This document shows positions 1 to 7,366 of a DNA stretch of 30,612 nt, piece after piece. Origin of the DNA: a virus (Duplodnaviria > Caudoviricetes); the IMG/VR virus record IMGVR_UViG_3300032335_000508, positions 1 through 30,612 of that record. One strand, given 5' to 3'. Position 1 is the stretch's first letter, and each line of letters begins with the position of its first letter. Made by a program: the position numbers and the translations under genes. Under the pieces are notes generated by a model. The model did no database searches, was not told the DNA's origin, and saw only the letters and a list, made by a program, of their open reading frames with translations.

Positions 1-123
1 ATTCAATTTCTTCCAACGAAGAAGAACCAGAGCATTTTTCACTTCTCCAAACTGCAATCCATGCGGTAGCACTTATCTAAACTCTGAAGGAACGATCACG
101 GGATCTGGAGCGATTGCCGCAGG
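1..123. repeat. Direct terminal repeat, copy 1 (circular assembly overlap)
   Basis: 1-123 is identical to 30490-30612 (attcaatttc...ttgccgcagg), and an ORF reads through the join in frame. Confidence 0.95.
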
Positions 124-682
124 AAACAATTCGACTTTTTGGAGTTACTTGGCAGGTCGATGCTCTTCGTGTGGATGCAACTCGCCGAACGATCCGAAGC
201 ACATGACTTTGCTCATAGGTGGCTACGGAAGTTTCACAGTCAACTCAACGACATACAACGAACAAGGAAATTCGTTTTCAGCCACTCCTCAAAACTTGAC
301 GCGCCACCTGAATCCACTTCTGTATCTGAAAGACGGTTGCGTTCAAGTGAACTCATTTCCTACCGCTGCATGGGAAACTCCTTCCGTTCTTGGATGGGCT
401 AGTCTTCCAAATCCACAGTTGAGTTTCACTCAAGCATTTCAACCTCCATACTGCTCGGATATCAATCCGCCTTATAAGTGCCAAGATCCTTGCGATCCAG
501 ATAGCATTGGCCCGAACTACAGCGCGAGTGGATGTGCCTCGATCGACGGCGAGTTCTTTCGAGTGTGCCAACAAGGAGCAGGATTCACTTGCGAATGCAA
601 TGGATCAAGTTCGACAGGATGCGTTCCAACGATCCAGAGTTATGAAAAATTCGGAATCTTCACAGCATCTCCCGTCTTGTAG
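2..682 (+). CDS. C-terminal part of a Cys-rich putative tail-tip/receptor-binding protein spanning the circular junction (starts at 30218, 317 aa in total)
   Basis: The frame is open from base 2 to TAG at 680-682 and continuous with the ORF from GTG 30218. It follows the tail genes and has about 20 Cys. Function is inferred from position. Confidence 0.75.
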   Translation, partial: FNFFQRRRTRAFFTSPNCNPCGSTYLNSEGTITGSGAIAAGNNSTFWSYLAGRCSSCGCNSPNDPKHMTLLIGGYGSFTVNSTTYNEQGNSFSATPQNLTRHLNPLLYLKDGCVQVNSFPTAAWETPSVLGWASLPNPQLSFTQAFQPPYCSDINPPYKCQDPCDPDSIGPNYSASGCASIDGEFFRVCQQGAGFTCECNGSSSTGCVPTIQSYEKFGIFTASPVL

Positions 683-932
683 ATACGAGATCAATCCTCT
701 CGAATGCTCTCATCCAGAGATCTTCGGAGCGACGAACGCGGAGAAGTGCGCGAGTTGCTCAAAGTATCGAGGCAGGCCGCGAGGCCTTGGCGACGTAGTT
801 CACGCGATCACGACTGCGACAGGCATCGCGAAGGCAGTCGATACGGTTACAGGCGGATGCGGAGGATGCGCTCGACGACGCGCCGCGCTGAATGCGGCAG
901 TCCCGTTCACCGATGAAGAATCGAAAGGCTGA
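642..932 (+). CDS. Small Cys-rich phage protein with RGLGD...CGGC..RR..LN motif
   Basis: ATG at 642 within ORF 507-932. The GLGDxV...TGI...CGGCxxRRxxLN pattern recurs in small phage proteins. Ends 3 nt before the next ATG. Confidence 0.7.
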   Translation: MKNSESSQHLPSCRYEINPLECSHPEIFGATNAEKCASCSKYRGRPRGLGDVVHAITTATGIAKAVDTVTGGCGGCARRRAALNAAVPFTDEESKG

Positions 933-935
933 ACT

Positions 936-2321
936 ATGGCTCTGACTTATACAGGCACGGACGGACTCTTCAATCGGCTCGGCGCACTCATCTACATGAT
1001 GGACCAAGTTCGATCGCATCAGAACAATCTGAAGACGCTCCTTGCGAATGTGCAGACGGAGTATTCATCAGCCGATGCTTGGATGATCGACGTCCTCTCC
1101 GGCAATATCGAATCGCGAATTGCCGAAGCAGGAAACATTCTCAACGACGTTCGCGCGGCGGCAGAGCGAACGATTCTTGAGATGTGCTTCGATGAGGCGA
1201 CGGCAGTAGGCGCGACCAACACGATGGTTCGCAAAGACATCCGCGACGCTCTCGTCTGGCTCATTCGAGACATGGACGCATCTCCGCAGTCCATCGACGG
1301 AACTACGATCACGAAATCGAGTCTCTCGGTCGGCGCATCGAACAGCGGCAACGGCAAGTTCTACTATCTGTTCGAGGCTCCGAATGTGCTTCTCGGCTCG
1401 ACGAATGACTGGCCAAACATTCGCACGGAAGTTCTCGAAGCGCGATGCGTTCAAGATGGCACGACAGGCGCGATCTCGCGAGGCTCGGAGATATTCGAGA
1501 TTCGCGGACAGCCTGCCTATACCGGCCTCGACTACCGATTCCCTGCCGGAAGCGGAACGCTCATGCGTCTCGCGACTGCTTGTGCGAGCGTCGACAACGG
1601 ATCGCAGGGACAGAACATTCTCCACAATTCCGACCTCGAAGAACAGACAAGCAACTTGCCGGATCGCTTCACCGTTTCGAGCGGAACGGCAGGCACGGAG
1701 TTTCTTACCGAGACGACGGCGGCGAATGTCTTCCGAGGAACTCGATCGCTGAAACTTGCGGTCACGGGGAACACTTTCAAGATTCGCCAGAGGCTCGCGG
1801 ATTTCGACGGCACTCTCGGCAGGCTCACGCCGGATCGACCTTATCTCCTCGCGGTCGCGATCAAAAAAGACGCAGGCGCGACGGGAACGCTGCGACTCTC
1901 GGTTCAGGATTCCGCCGGAACGATCATCGACTCGACGAACTTCTTCTTCTCGCAGTCGATCGCGGCGACGACAACTTCATTCGGAATCTATGCGACGCAG
2001 TTGCGATCGCCGCGAGTCATCCCAAGCGAGGTGTATCTGGTCGTCGAGACGACGGTCGCGATCGCGACTGCTGCCTGCTACATCGACGAGATCATTCTCG
2101 CGGAGATGATGCCGATCGCAAACGGTGGACCTTCGCTTGCGATCGTCGCAGGCTCAACGGACTGGGCCGCTGACGACAACGCTCGCTACACATTCACGAA
2201 CAACGGCGAGGGAGCGTTTGCTACGGCCTTCGATCGCTTGTTCGATATGTACGGGAAGGGCCTCAGCCTTCCTGCGAACTATGTCGGCAGCGAGACGATC
2301 TCTGACTCTCTGATCGCTTGA
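936..2321 (+). CDS. Putative virion structural protein with a possible carbohydrate-binding (CBM-like beta-sandwich) C-terminal domain
   Basis: 461-aa ORF, Thr/Ser/Gly-rich. NILHNSDLEE...SLKL...YIDEI resembles CBM4/9-like modules. Last gene of the late block. Confidence 0.6.
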   Translation: MALTYTGTDGLFNRLGALIYMMDQVRSHQNNLKTLLANVQTEYSSADAWMIDVLSGNIESRIAEAGNILNDVRAAAERTILEMCFDEATAVGATNTMVRKDIRDALVWLIRDMDASPQSIDGTTITKSSLSVGASNSGNGKFYYLFEAPNVLLGSTNDWPNIRTEVLEARCVQDGTTGAISRGSEIFEIRGQPAYTGLDYRFPAGSGTLMRLATACASVDNGSQGQNILHNSDLEEQTSNLPDRFTVSSGTAGTEFLTETTAANVFRGTRSLKLAVTGNTFKIRQRLADFDGTLGRLTPDRPYLLAVAIKKDAGATGTLRLSVQDSAGTIIDSTNFFFSQSIAATTTSFGIYATQLRSPRVIPSEVYLVVETTVAIATAACYIDEIILAEMMPIANGGPSLAIVAGSTDWAADDNARYTFTNNGEGAFATAFDRLFDMYGKGLSLPANYVGSETISDSLIA

Positions 2322-2568
2322 TGAGATCTCCGAGGATCGCGGCTCTCGCTTGCGCGACGAGGAATCGGAGATCGTCTTCTTCGGCGAGATCAACGGCGAG
2401 CGTATACAGATCGAGCGTTTCCCAAGTCGGCGAGAGGATAGAGCGGCATCGGAGCGCGGCTCGATCGGAGTTGCCTCGCGTGACCGCGAAAGACAGCACC
2501 GTCTCGACGTGGGCTTGGACGCGCCGAGATTCGAGTTTGTGCAGGCCTCTCGGATTTTTTCTCGACAT
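2263..2568 (-). CDS. Hypothetical protein (only plausible minus-strand gene), MSRKNPRGLHKLE...
   Basis: Fills the gap between the late and early blocks. Codon usage (CTC, GAA, GAT) and amphipathic helical character match the real genes better than the + strand alternatives do. Confidence 0.45.
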   Translation of the reverse strand: MSRKNPRGLHKLESRRVQAHVETVLSFAVTRGNSDRAALRCRSILSPTWETLDLYTLAVDLAEEDDLRFLVAQARAAILGDLIKRSESQRSSRCRHSSQEG

Positions 2569-2591
2569 CTCCTCAAATCTTCCGATATAGT
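2562..2591 (+). promoter_or_regulatory. Putative sigma70-type early promoter
   Basis: TCGACA (2562-2567), 18-nt spacer, TATAGT (2586-2591), upstream of AGGAGA and ATG 2634. Confidence 0.5.
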
Positions 2592-2615
2592 GTCCGCAAT
2601 CGGACACGGTGTCCG
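2590..2615. promoter_or_regulatory. Triple half-site GTGTCCG/CGGACAC/GTGTCCG (operator and/or leader hairpin with ACGGT loop)
   Basis: GTGTCCG-caat-CGGACAC-g-GTGTCCG, abutting the -10 box. Confidence 0.55.
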
Positions 2616-2633
2616 CAGAAACAGGAGACACAA

Positions 2634-3518
2634 ATGACAGCATTAATGGTATCGGAGGCCGCGAAGTCGGCCAGTAGTCAACTCGCAATCGCAGGCACGA
2701 AGGCTCTCGAAGCCTATATCGCCGCAGGCGACATCGGCAAACTCGGGCCGGAGCAGCGCATCGCGCTCTATCGCGCCGTTTGCGATTCGATGGGGTTGAA
2801 TCCCCTGACGCAACCGTTTCAGTATCTGACCCTGAGCGGGAAGACCGTGCTCTATGCAACCAAGAGTTGCACCGAGCAGTTGCGCTCGATTCACGGAGTT
2901 TCGGTCGTCCGCATGGAGCGCGAGATCATCGGCGACATTCTGACCGTGACGGTCGCCGTGACCGAGCGAACGGGCCGAGAAGACATCAGCACAGGCTCGG
3001 TCAGCCTCGCCGGATTGAAAGGCGAGAATCTCTCGAATGCTCACATGAAGGCTGAGACGAAGGCAAAGAGACGCGCCACGCTTTCGATCTGCGGCCTTGC
3101 CGTCCTCGATGAAACTGAGGTCGAGTCGATCGCCGGAGCGCAGGCCGTCTCGGTGCAGGAGTTCCACTCTGAGCCGAAGAAGGCCGCGAAGCCAACACGC
3201 GAGGAGCGGAGGAAGGACATCGAGGAACTCACGAATCCGATTCCGATCGCGAATCGAGTCGCCGAGCCGGAGATGGTCGCGGAGGACTGCATCACGATCC
3301 TCGCTCGCTCGCCGATCGGCGTAGTCGAAGGTAAGTCAGGCCGCCGCGTCTGGCGTATCGATCAGGAAGATCAGCCGATGCCGATCGCCGTTCTCTCGGA
3401 AGAGATTGCCTCCGGCCTCGAAGCGAATCAGGCGTTCAGCGTCAATACGCGCGTCCGAGTCAAGGCCAGAGCCAACGGCGGATTCGAGGTCGTCGAGATC
3501 ATCGGAGACGCTCCATGA
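2634..3518 (+). CDS. RecT/Red-beta-like single-strand annealing protein
   Basis: CxSMGLNPLTQPF...VLYA and NAHMKAETKAKRRATLSICGL motifs are typical of RecT/Bet-type SSAPs. Strong RBS AGGAGA. Confidence 0.7.
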   Translation: MTALMVSEAAKSASSQLAIAGTKALEAYIAAGDIGKLGPEQRIALYRAVCDSMGLNPLTQPFQYLTLSGKTVLYATKSCTEQLRSIHGVSVVRMEREIIGDILTVTVAVTERTGREDISTGSVSLAGLKGENLSNAHMKAETKAKRRATLSICGLAVLDETEVESIAGAQAVSVQEFHSEPKKAAKPTREERRKDIEELTNPIPIANRVAEPEMVAEDCITILARSPIGVVEGKSGRRVWRIDQEDQPMPIAVLSEEIASGLEANQAFSVNTRVRVKARANGGFEVVEIIGDAP

Positions 3519-3874
3519 GTGGCGAGATCGTCGGCTCGGCGAGCCTTCGATCGCAGATCGGGATCGCGGCGGAAGATCCAAAGATCTTCCGTCCGATCTC
3601 GGTCGCGGAGGCTCTGGAGGTCGCGCGAATCATCAAGGCGGACGAGACGATCGAGGAGGAGATCCGTGAGGTCGTCGAGGTCGGGATTCCGCTTGATCTG
3701 ATGCCTGCACATCTCACGCCAAGGAAGGAACTTCTCGCCGAGGCTCTTCGCGTCTCGGTGCGAACGATCCGCCGGAGGGAACTTGCTTGGGAACTCTGCG
3801 ACCAACGCATCCGCTTCGATCTCGTGCATCGAGCCTCACGCCTCGTCTTCGCGAATCGCGGCTCGAAACTTTGA
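3515..3874 (+). CDS. HTH-containing protein, possibly replication-associated
   Basis: ATGA overlap with the upstream gene; KELLAEALRVSVRTIRRRE is an HTH pattern. Confidence 0.55.
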   Translation: MSGEIVGSASLRSQIGIAAEDPKIFRPISVAEALEVARIIKADETIEEEIREVVEVGIPLDLMPAHLTPRKELLAEALRVSVRTIRRRELAWELCDQRIRFDLVHRASRLVFANRGSKL

Positions 3875-3885
3875 CCATGCGCTTG

Positions 3886-3918
3886 GCCTGCCGTGAGAAG
3901 TTCGCGGCAGGCTTTTTT
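3886..3918 (+). terminator. Intrinsic terminator
   Basis: GCCTGCCG...CGGCAGGC stem followed by TTTTTT, just after the 3874 stop. Confidence 0.75.
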
Positions 3919-3919
3919 A

Positions 3920-4117
3920 CAATCTTCGGAAATTTCCAAGTTTCCCCCCTTTACAAATCGAAATCCCTCCCCCCTAATAACCCCCCACCCGAGCAAAGCG
4001 ACACAGATACGCACTCGGTGTTTCGGTTCGACTCCCTGAATCTAACTCCTTCTCTCTTCTCTTCTGTGAACCGGAAGCGGAGTACGTCGGACTTAGTTCA
4101 CGAGATAGGCCGCGAAA
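3920..4117. other. Candidate replication origin/regulatory region
   Basis: Longest low-coding stretch, with C-runs, a pyrimidine tract (ctccttctctcttctcttct) and palindrome GGAAATTTCC (3928-3937). Lies between the HTH gene and the loader-like gene. Confidence 0.35.
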
Positions 4118-4135
4118 CTCTGGCAGGAGCCAGAG
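4118..4135 (+). promoter_or_regulatory. Leader hairpin with AGGA loop (CsrA-type site)
   Basis: CTCTGGC-AGGA-GCCAGAG, 13 nt before ATG 4149. Confidence 0.5.
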
Positions 4136-4148
4136 AAAGAGAGACGCA

Positions 4149-4766
4149 ATGGAACAAAAGAAGCAAGGCATGACGCGCGAGGAACTCGCAGGCTTTACCG
4201 CGCGAGCAAATCGCTACTTCAAAGGCGAAACCGATCGCGAACTCTGGTCGCTTGCGCTACCACGCATCGCGGAGGAATCCGCCGAAGTCGCGATGGCGGC
4301 ACTTGAGAACTACTCGATTCAATGGGGAGGGCCGCGAGCGCGTTTCCTCCCTGCGAAATTTTTCGAGTTCCTCGCTGATGTGAAAGTTCGCCGTCTCGAA
4401 CTCAATCAGCGCGAGGCTCGCGAGCGCGAGTCGCGGATGCGATCAATCGCATCGAGCCGAGACGCGGCAGTCTGCGAGGCCGACTGGCTCTCACGTCGTC
4501 GCGAGATCGAGACTGCGAATCCGCTCGAAGTCGGAGAAGCAGTCGACTACCTTCGCTCGCTCGGTTGGGGAAATCCGCCGGAGTCCTTCGGCGCATGGAG
4601 CCGACCTTGGATTCTCGCCGTCTCGGATCTCGTCTGCCGGCGGACGGTCGCCGGATACGACCGCGATCGTCATGGATTTGAGGATCGGGATCGGAATCCG
4701 CTCCGGCCAGTCTCGGCGGCGACTTTCTACCGTGAGGCAGGAAAGGCCGCAGGACGGCTCTCCTAG
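4149..4766 (+). CDS. Putative replicative helicase loader/inhibitor (SPP1 G39P-like N-terminus)
   Basis: MTREE...RYF...ELW...L...VAMAALENY...RFLP pattern resembles G39P-family proteins, in replication-module position. Confidence 0.5.
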   Translation: MEQKKQGMTREELAGFTARANRYFKGETDRELWSLALPRIAEESAEVAMAALENYSIQWGGPRARFLPAKFFEFLADVKVRRLELNQREARERESRMRSIASSRDAAVCEADWLSRRREIETANPLEVGEAVDYLRSLGWGNPPESFGAWSRPWILAVSDLVCRRTVAGYDRDRHGFEDRDRNPLRPVSAATFYREAGKAAGRLS

Positions 4767-4811
4767 CCGTTTGGGCTGTCTGGAGGCCTTCCGAGGCCTG
4801 CCGCGCTCTGA

Positions 4812-4825
4812 GGCCCGTACGGGCC
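4812..4825. repeat. Perfect 14-bp palindrome
   Basis: GGCCCGTACGGGCC; AGGCCT-tccg-AGGCCT lies nearby at about 4784-4799. Confidence 0.8.
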
Positions 4826-4842
4826 GTTTCCCGTGCTTTGGA

Positions 4843-4930
4843 TATACAGAGTCCCGATAACATGGAATCTTGAGGAAATTTCGGAAATGCTCAAGCGATT
4901 CCTTCCATTGAGCCGAAATCTCTGTATACT
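4843..4930 (+). promoter_or_regulatory. Imperfect inverted repeat containing a putative early promoter (-10 TATACT 4925-4930)
   Basis: Outer arms TATACAGAG/CTCTGTATA, inner arms GGAATCTTGAG/CTCAAG(CG)ATTCC. AT-richer than the flanks. Confidence 0.5.
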
Positions 4931-4937
4931 CATCGCA

Positions 4938-4968
4938 TCGAGGAACGGATCCTCGAACACAAAGGAGA
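4938..4968 (+). promoter_or_regulatory. Leader hairpin with ACGGA loop plus RBS
   Basis: TCGAGGA-ACGGA-TCCTCGA followed by AAAGGAGA. Confidence 0.65.
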
Positions 4969-4974
4969 CACGCT

Positions 4975-5181
4975 ATGAGCATCAATAACATCGAATCCCT
5001 GAAGCGTCGCGATCGCGAGACTCTCGAGAAGTGGGGAGTCGATTCTTGCCGGGAAGCATGGAAAATATCCGCGAATGGAGAGTCTGCGATCATCCAGTCG
5101 ATCCGCTCCGGGATTCCAGTTCGATCGACCGCTCCCGCAGTTAGAGCGTATCGAGAACTCCTTCGCGCTCAAAGCAAGTGA
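4975..5181 (+). CDS. Hypothetical early protein (68 aa)
   Basis: ATG with strong RBS AAAGGAGA; stop abuts the repeat element. Confidence 0.75.
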   Translation: MSINNIESLKRRDRETLEKWGVDSCREAWKISANGESAIIQSIRSGIPVRSTAPAVRAYRELLRAQSK

Positions 5182-5270
5182 ACGACTCGGATCGGAGGAG
5201 CCTCTTCGGAGGCTCCTCGAATCTGAGCCGTGAGCCAGACTCGCGAACGGATCGCGAGGAACAAAGGAGA
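5182..5270 (+). ncRNA. Repeated structured intergenic element, copy 1
   Basis: ACGACTCGGATCG, 10-bp stem with TTCG loop, TCTG..GCCGTGAGC..CAGA, 7-bp stem with ACGGA loop, RBS. Covaries with copy 2. Confidence 0.7.
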
Positions 5271-5275
5271 TAGCC

Positions 5276-5686
5276 ATGAAGATTTCTACCGTCCGCCAAG
5301 CAGCACAGAGCCTCGTTCGCGCCATCAATACTACCGAGTGGCAGAATCGACTCGATGCGCTCGGGATCAAGATCTGGATCACGAACGGGCCGCAAGATCA
5401 CTACGAGTACGGGATCGAGATCCGATACGAAGGAATTGATCCGAACTTGATGCCAAGCCAGATTTCTCATCCTGTCGGTTCTCCAGATCTGCGCGAAACC
5501 ATTCACGTCATCGCAGATATGGAAACCGAGAGCAGCGATAAGTACGGCATTCTCGCAGGCGCAAAGAGCGACTTCTGCCGCGATAACGCAAACTGGAACT
5601 GGATCAAATCCGTCTACATGATGAACAAGGATCTCCGCGCTGAAATCAAGGCAGCATTCGGAAATCCGCCATCGCACGAATGTTGA
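5276..5686 (+). CDS. Hypothetical early protein (136 aa)
   Basis: RBS AAAGGAGA; globular composition; bounded on both sides by the repeat elements. Confidence 0.8.
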   Translation: MKISTVRQAAQSLVRAINTTEWQNRLDALGIKIWITNGPQDHYEYGIEIRYEGIDPNLMPSQISHPVGSPDLRETIHVIADMETESSDKYGILAGAKSDFCRDNANWNWIKSVYMMNKDLRAEIKAAFGNPPSHEC

Positions 5687-5690
5687 GAAG

Positions 5691-5780
5691 ACGACTCGGA
5701 TCGGAGAGGCCTCGCGAGAGGCCTCTCGAATCCGCGCCGTGAGCCGGATCCTCGCACGGAGCGAGGAGAAGACAAGGAGA
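5691..5780 (+). ncRNA. Repeated structured intergenic element, copy 2
   Basis: ACGACTCGGATCG, 10-bp stem with GCGA loop, ATCCG..GCCGTGAGC..CGGAT, 6-bp stem with ACGGA loop, RBS. Confidence 0.7.
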
Positions 5781-5786
5781 CACATC

Positions 5787-6038
5787 ATGCAAGAAGAAGA
5801 CATCAAGGAACTCTCAGACCTCGAACTCGATCTCGCGATCTCCGCGATCAACGAATTGATCCGCGATCCGTTCCGCTGCATTCACGGCGAGTATCCGATG
5901 CTCGATCGCGCCTGCTCTGGTTCTTGGATTCAGGAACTCGAACAAACCGGATCGATTGAAATTCCTGCGCATTACTCGCGAACGAGTCGTCCTGAACAGG
6001 TCAAGCGCGAATCGCTCACGATCGGAGGCTCGCGGTGA
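5787..6038 (+). CDS. Hypothetical early protein
   Basis: ATG 5787 after AAGGAGA; GTGA overlap with the next gene. Confidence 0.75.
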   Translation: MQEEDIKELSDLELDLAISAINELIRDPFRCIHGEYPMLDRACSGSWIQELEQTGSIEIPAHYSRTSRPEQVKRESLTIGGSR

Positions 6039-6307
6039 TCTATCAACTCAAACAAGCCATCGGATCGACTTGGGAAGACGTGCAGAATCTCGACTGGGAC
6101 GGTTGGTATCCGCTCCTCGAAGTGCGCCGCGCTGAACTCCTCGTCGTTGGATTGATTGAGGCCGATCGCGAGGATCTTTCCGATCTCGTACCGATCGCAT
6201 ATCGAAACGGCGAAGCCTGCGCTTGTCTCGCCGGAGATCAAGACGGCTTCATGCTCGCGAGCGAGTATCGGAAGTTCTTCGATCAGCAGACGGGAGGAGA
6301 GCAATGA
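6035..6307 (+). CDS. Hypothetical protein
   Basis: GTG start with GGAGG upstream; coupled to both neighbours. Confidence 0.7.
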   Translation: MIYQLKQAIGSTWEDVQNLDWDGWYPLLEVRRAELLVVGLIEADREDLSDLVPIAYRNGEACACLAGDQDGFMLASEYRKFFDQQTGGEQ

Positions 6308-6447
6308 AAGATCTCCTCGTCTGTCTCGCGTTCCTTTGGTACATCGCGATCCTCGTCGGCATCGTGATGATCGAATACCGACTATCGCGCATCGCGAAGC
6401 GCATCGATGAAATCGAGCGCGAGGACAGAAAGCGAGGCATTCGATGA
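6304..6447 (+). CDS. Small single-TM membrane protein (47 aa)
   Basis: MKDLLVCLAFLWYIAILVGIVMI followed by a charged tail; RBS GGAGGAG; ATGA overlaps at both ends. Confidence 0.65.
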   Translation: MKDLLVCLAFLWYIAILVGIVMIEYRLSRIAKRIDEIEREDRKRGIR

Positions 6448-6845
6448 CCTCGATACTCCTCTCTACTCTTCTCCTCATCGCACCACCGAAAGGCACGGAC
6501 ACGCGATCCATTCTCGACGCGATTCGCACCGTCGAGACTGGCGGCGAGGCCGATCCGGATCGAGCGATCGGCGACAAAGGAAAGGCACTTGGCGCGTATC
6601 AGATCCATCGAGGCTACTGGCTCGACGCAACGGAGAAAGATCCTGCGCTCCGCGCTCTTGGATACGAGAGCGTGACCGATCGAGCGATCGCCGAGCGTGT
6701 CGTCATCGCGTATCTGACTCGATACGCGCCAGACTGGAAACTCGACACCGTCGCGAGGATTCACAATGGTGGGCCTCGCGGTCACAAGAAAGACAGTACG
6801 CTTGACTACGCTCGCAAGGCGCGAGCAGCAATGGAGACACAATGA
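6444..6845 (+). CDS. Lysozyme-fold muramidase, i-type/destabilase-like, with hydrophobic N-terminus
   Basis: AIRTVETGG, GDKGKALGAYQIHRGYWLDA and ARIHNGGPRG motifs. Confidence 0.8.
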   Translation: MTSILLSTLLLIAPPKGTDTRSILDAIRTVETGGEADPDRAIGDKGKALGAYQIHRGYWLDATEKDPALRALGYESVTDRAIAERVVIAYLTRYAPDWKLDTVARIHNGGPRGHKKDSTLDYARKARAAMETQ

Positions 6846-7366
6846 ATCGAACTATCTACGACATCAGCGCGGATCTCGCTGCGCTCGAAACGATCCTCCA
6901 TGAGAACGGAGGCGACATCACCGATCCGCAGGCAGAGGCCGCGATCGCCGAATGGGAACGCGAACTCGAATCGGATCTCACGGGAAAAGTCGATCGATAC
7001 TGCTCGCTCATCGCTGAACTCGAAGCGCGTTCGGCAATGCGGCAAGCAGAGGCCGACCGTCTCGCGGATCTGGCGAAGGCCGACGACAAGGCCGCGCAAG
7101 GCTTGCGCGAGCGTCTCCGATTCGTTTGGGAAACGCGGAATCTTCCGAAGATCGAAACGTCTCGCTTCCGCGTCGCGCTCACGAAGAACGGCGGCAAGGC
7201 TCCACTCGATCTCCGCGTCGGGCCGGATGAGTTGCCGGAGTGGGCTATCGAACGGAAGACAGTCATCACGGCAAACAAGGACGCGATTCGCGCTCGGCTC
7301 GAAGCAGGCGAGAGCCTGCCGTTCGCGAATCTCATGGAACGAGGAACGAGGATCACTATCAAATGA
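6842..7366 (+). CDS. Siphovirus Gp157-family protein
   Basis: TIYDIS...KVDRY...EADRL coiled coil and the C-terminal NKDAIRARLEAGE...A.L...I.IK pattern. Confidence 0.8.
   Translation: MNRTIYDISADLAALETILHENGGDITDPQAEAAIAEWERELESDLTGKVDRYCSLIAELEARSAMRQAEADRLADLAKADDKAAQGLRERLRFVWETRNLPKIETSRFRVALTKNGGKAPLDLRVGPDELPEWAIERKTVITANKDAIRARLEAGESLPFANLMERGTRITIK

Noticed and set aside
1-123. Biological terminal repeat (T7-like DTR)
   Set aside because: It falls mid-gene and its length is typical of an assembler overlap; true termini cannot be inferred without reads.
4025-4040. GGTTCGACTCCC, resembling a tRNA T-arm or attP
   Set aside because: Only 2 bp of T-stem, no acceptor, D or anticodon arms, and no integrase.
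4850-4877. AGTCCCGATAA resembling a XerC arm of a dif-like integration site
   Set aside because: The would-be XerD arm (ATCTTGAGGAA) lacks the TTATG core.
5182-5780. CRISPR mini-array or integron attC array
   Set aside because: Only two divergent copies separated by a whole gene; no cas or integron integrase; no RYYYAAC/GTTRRRY boxes.
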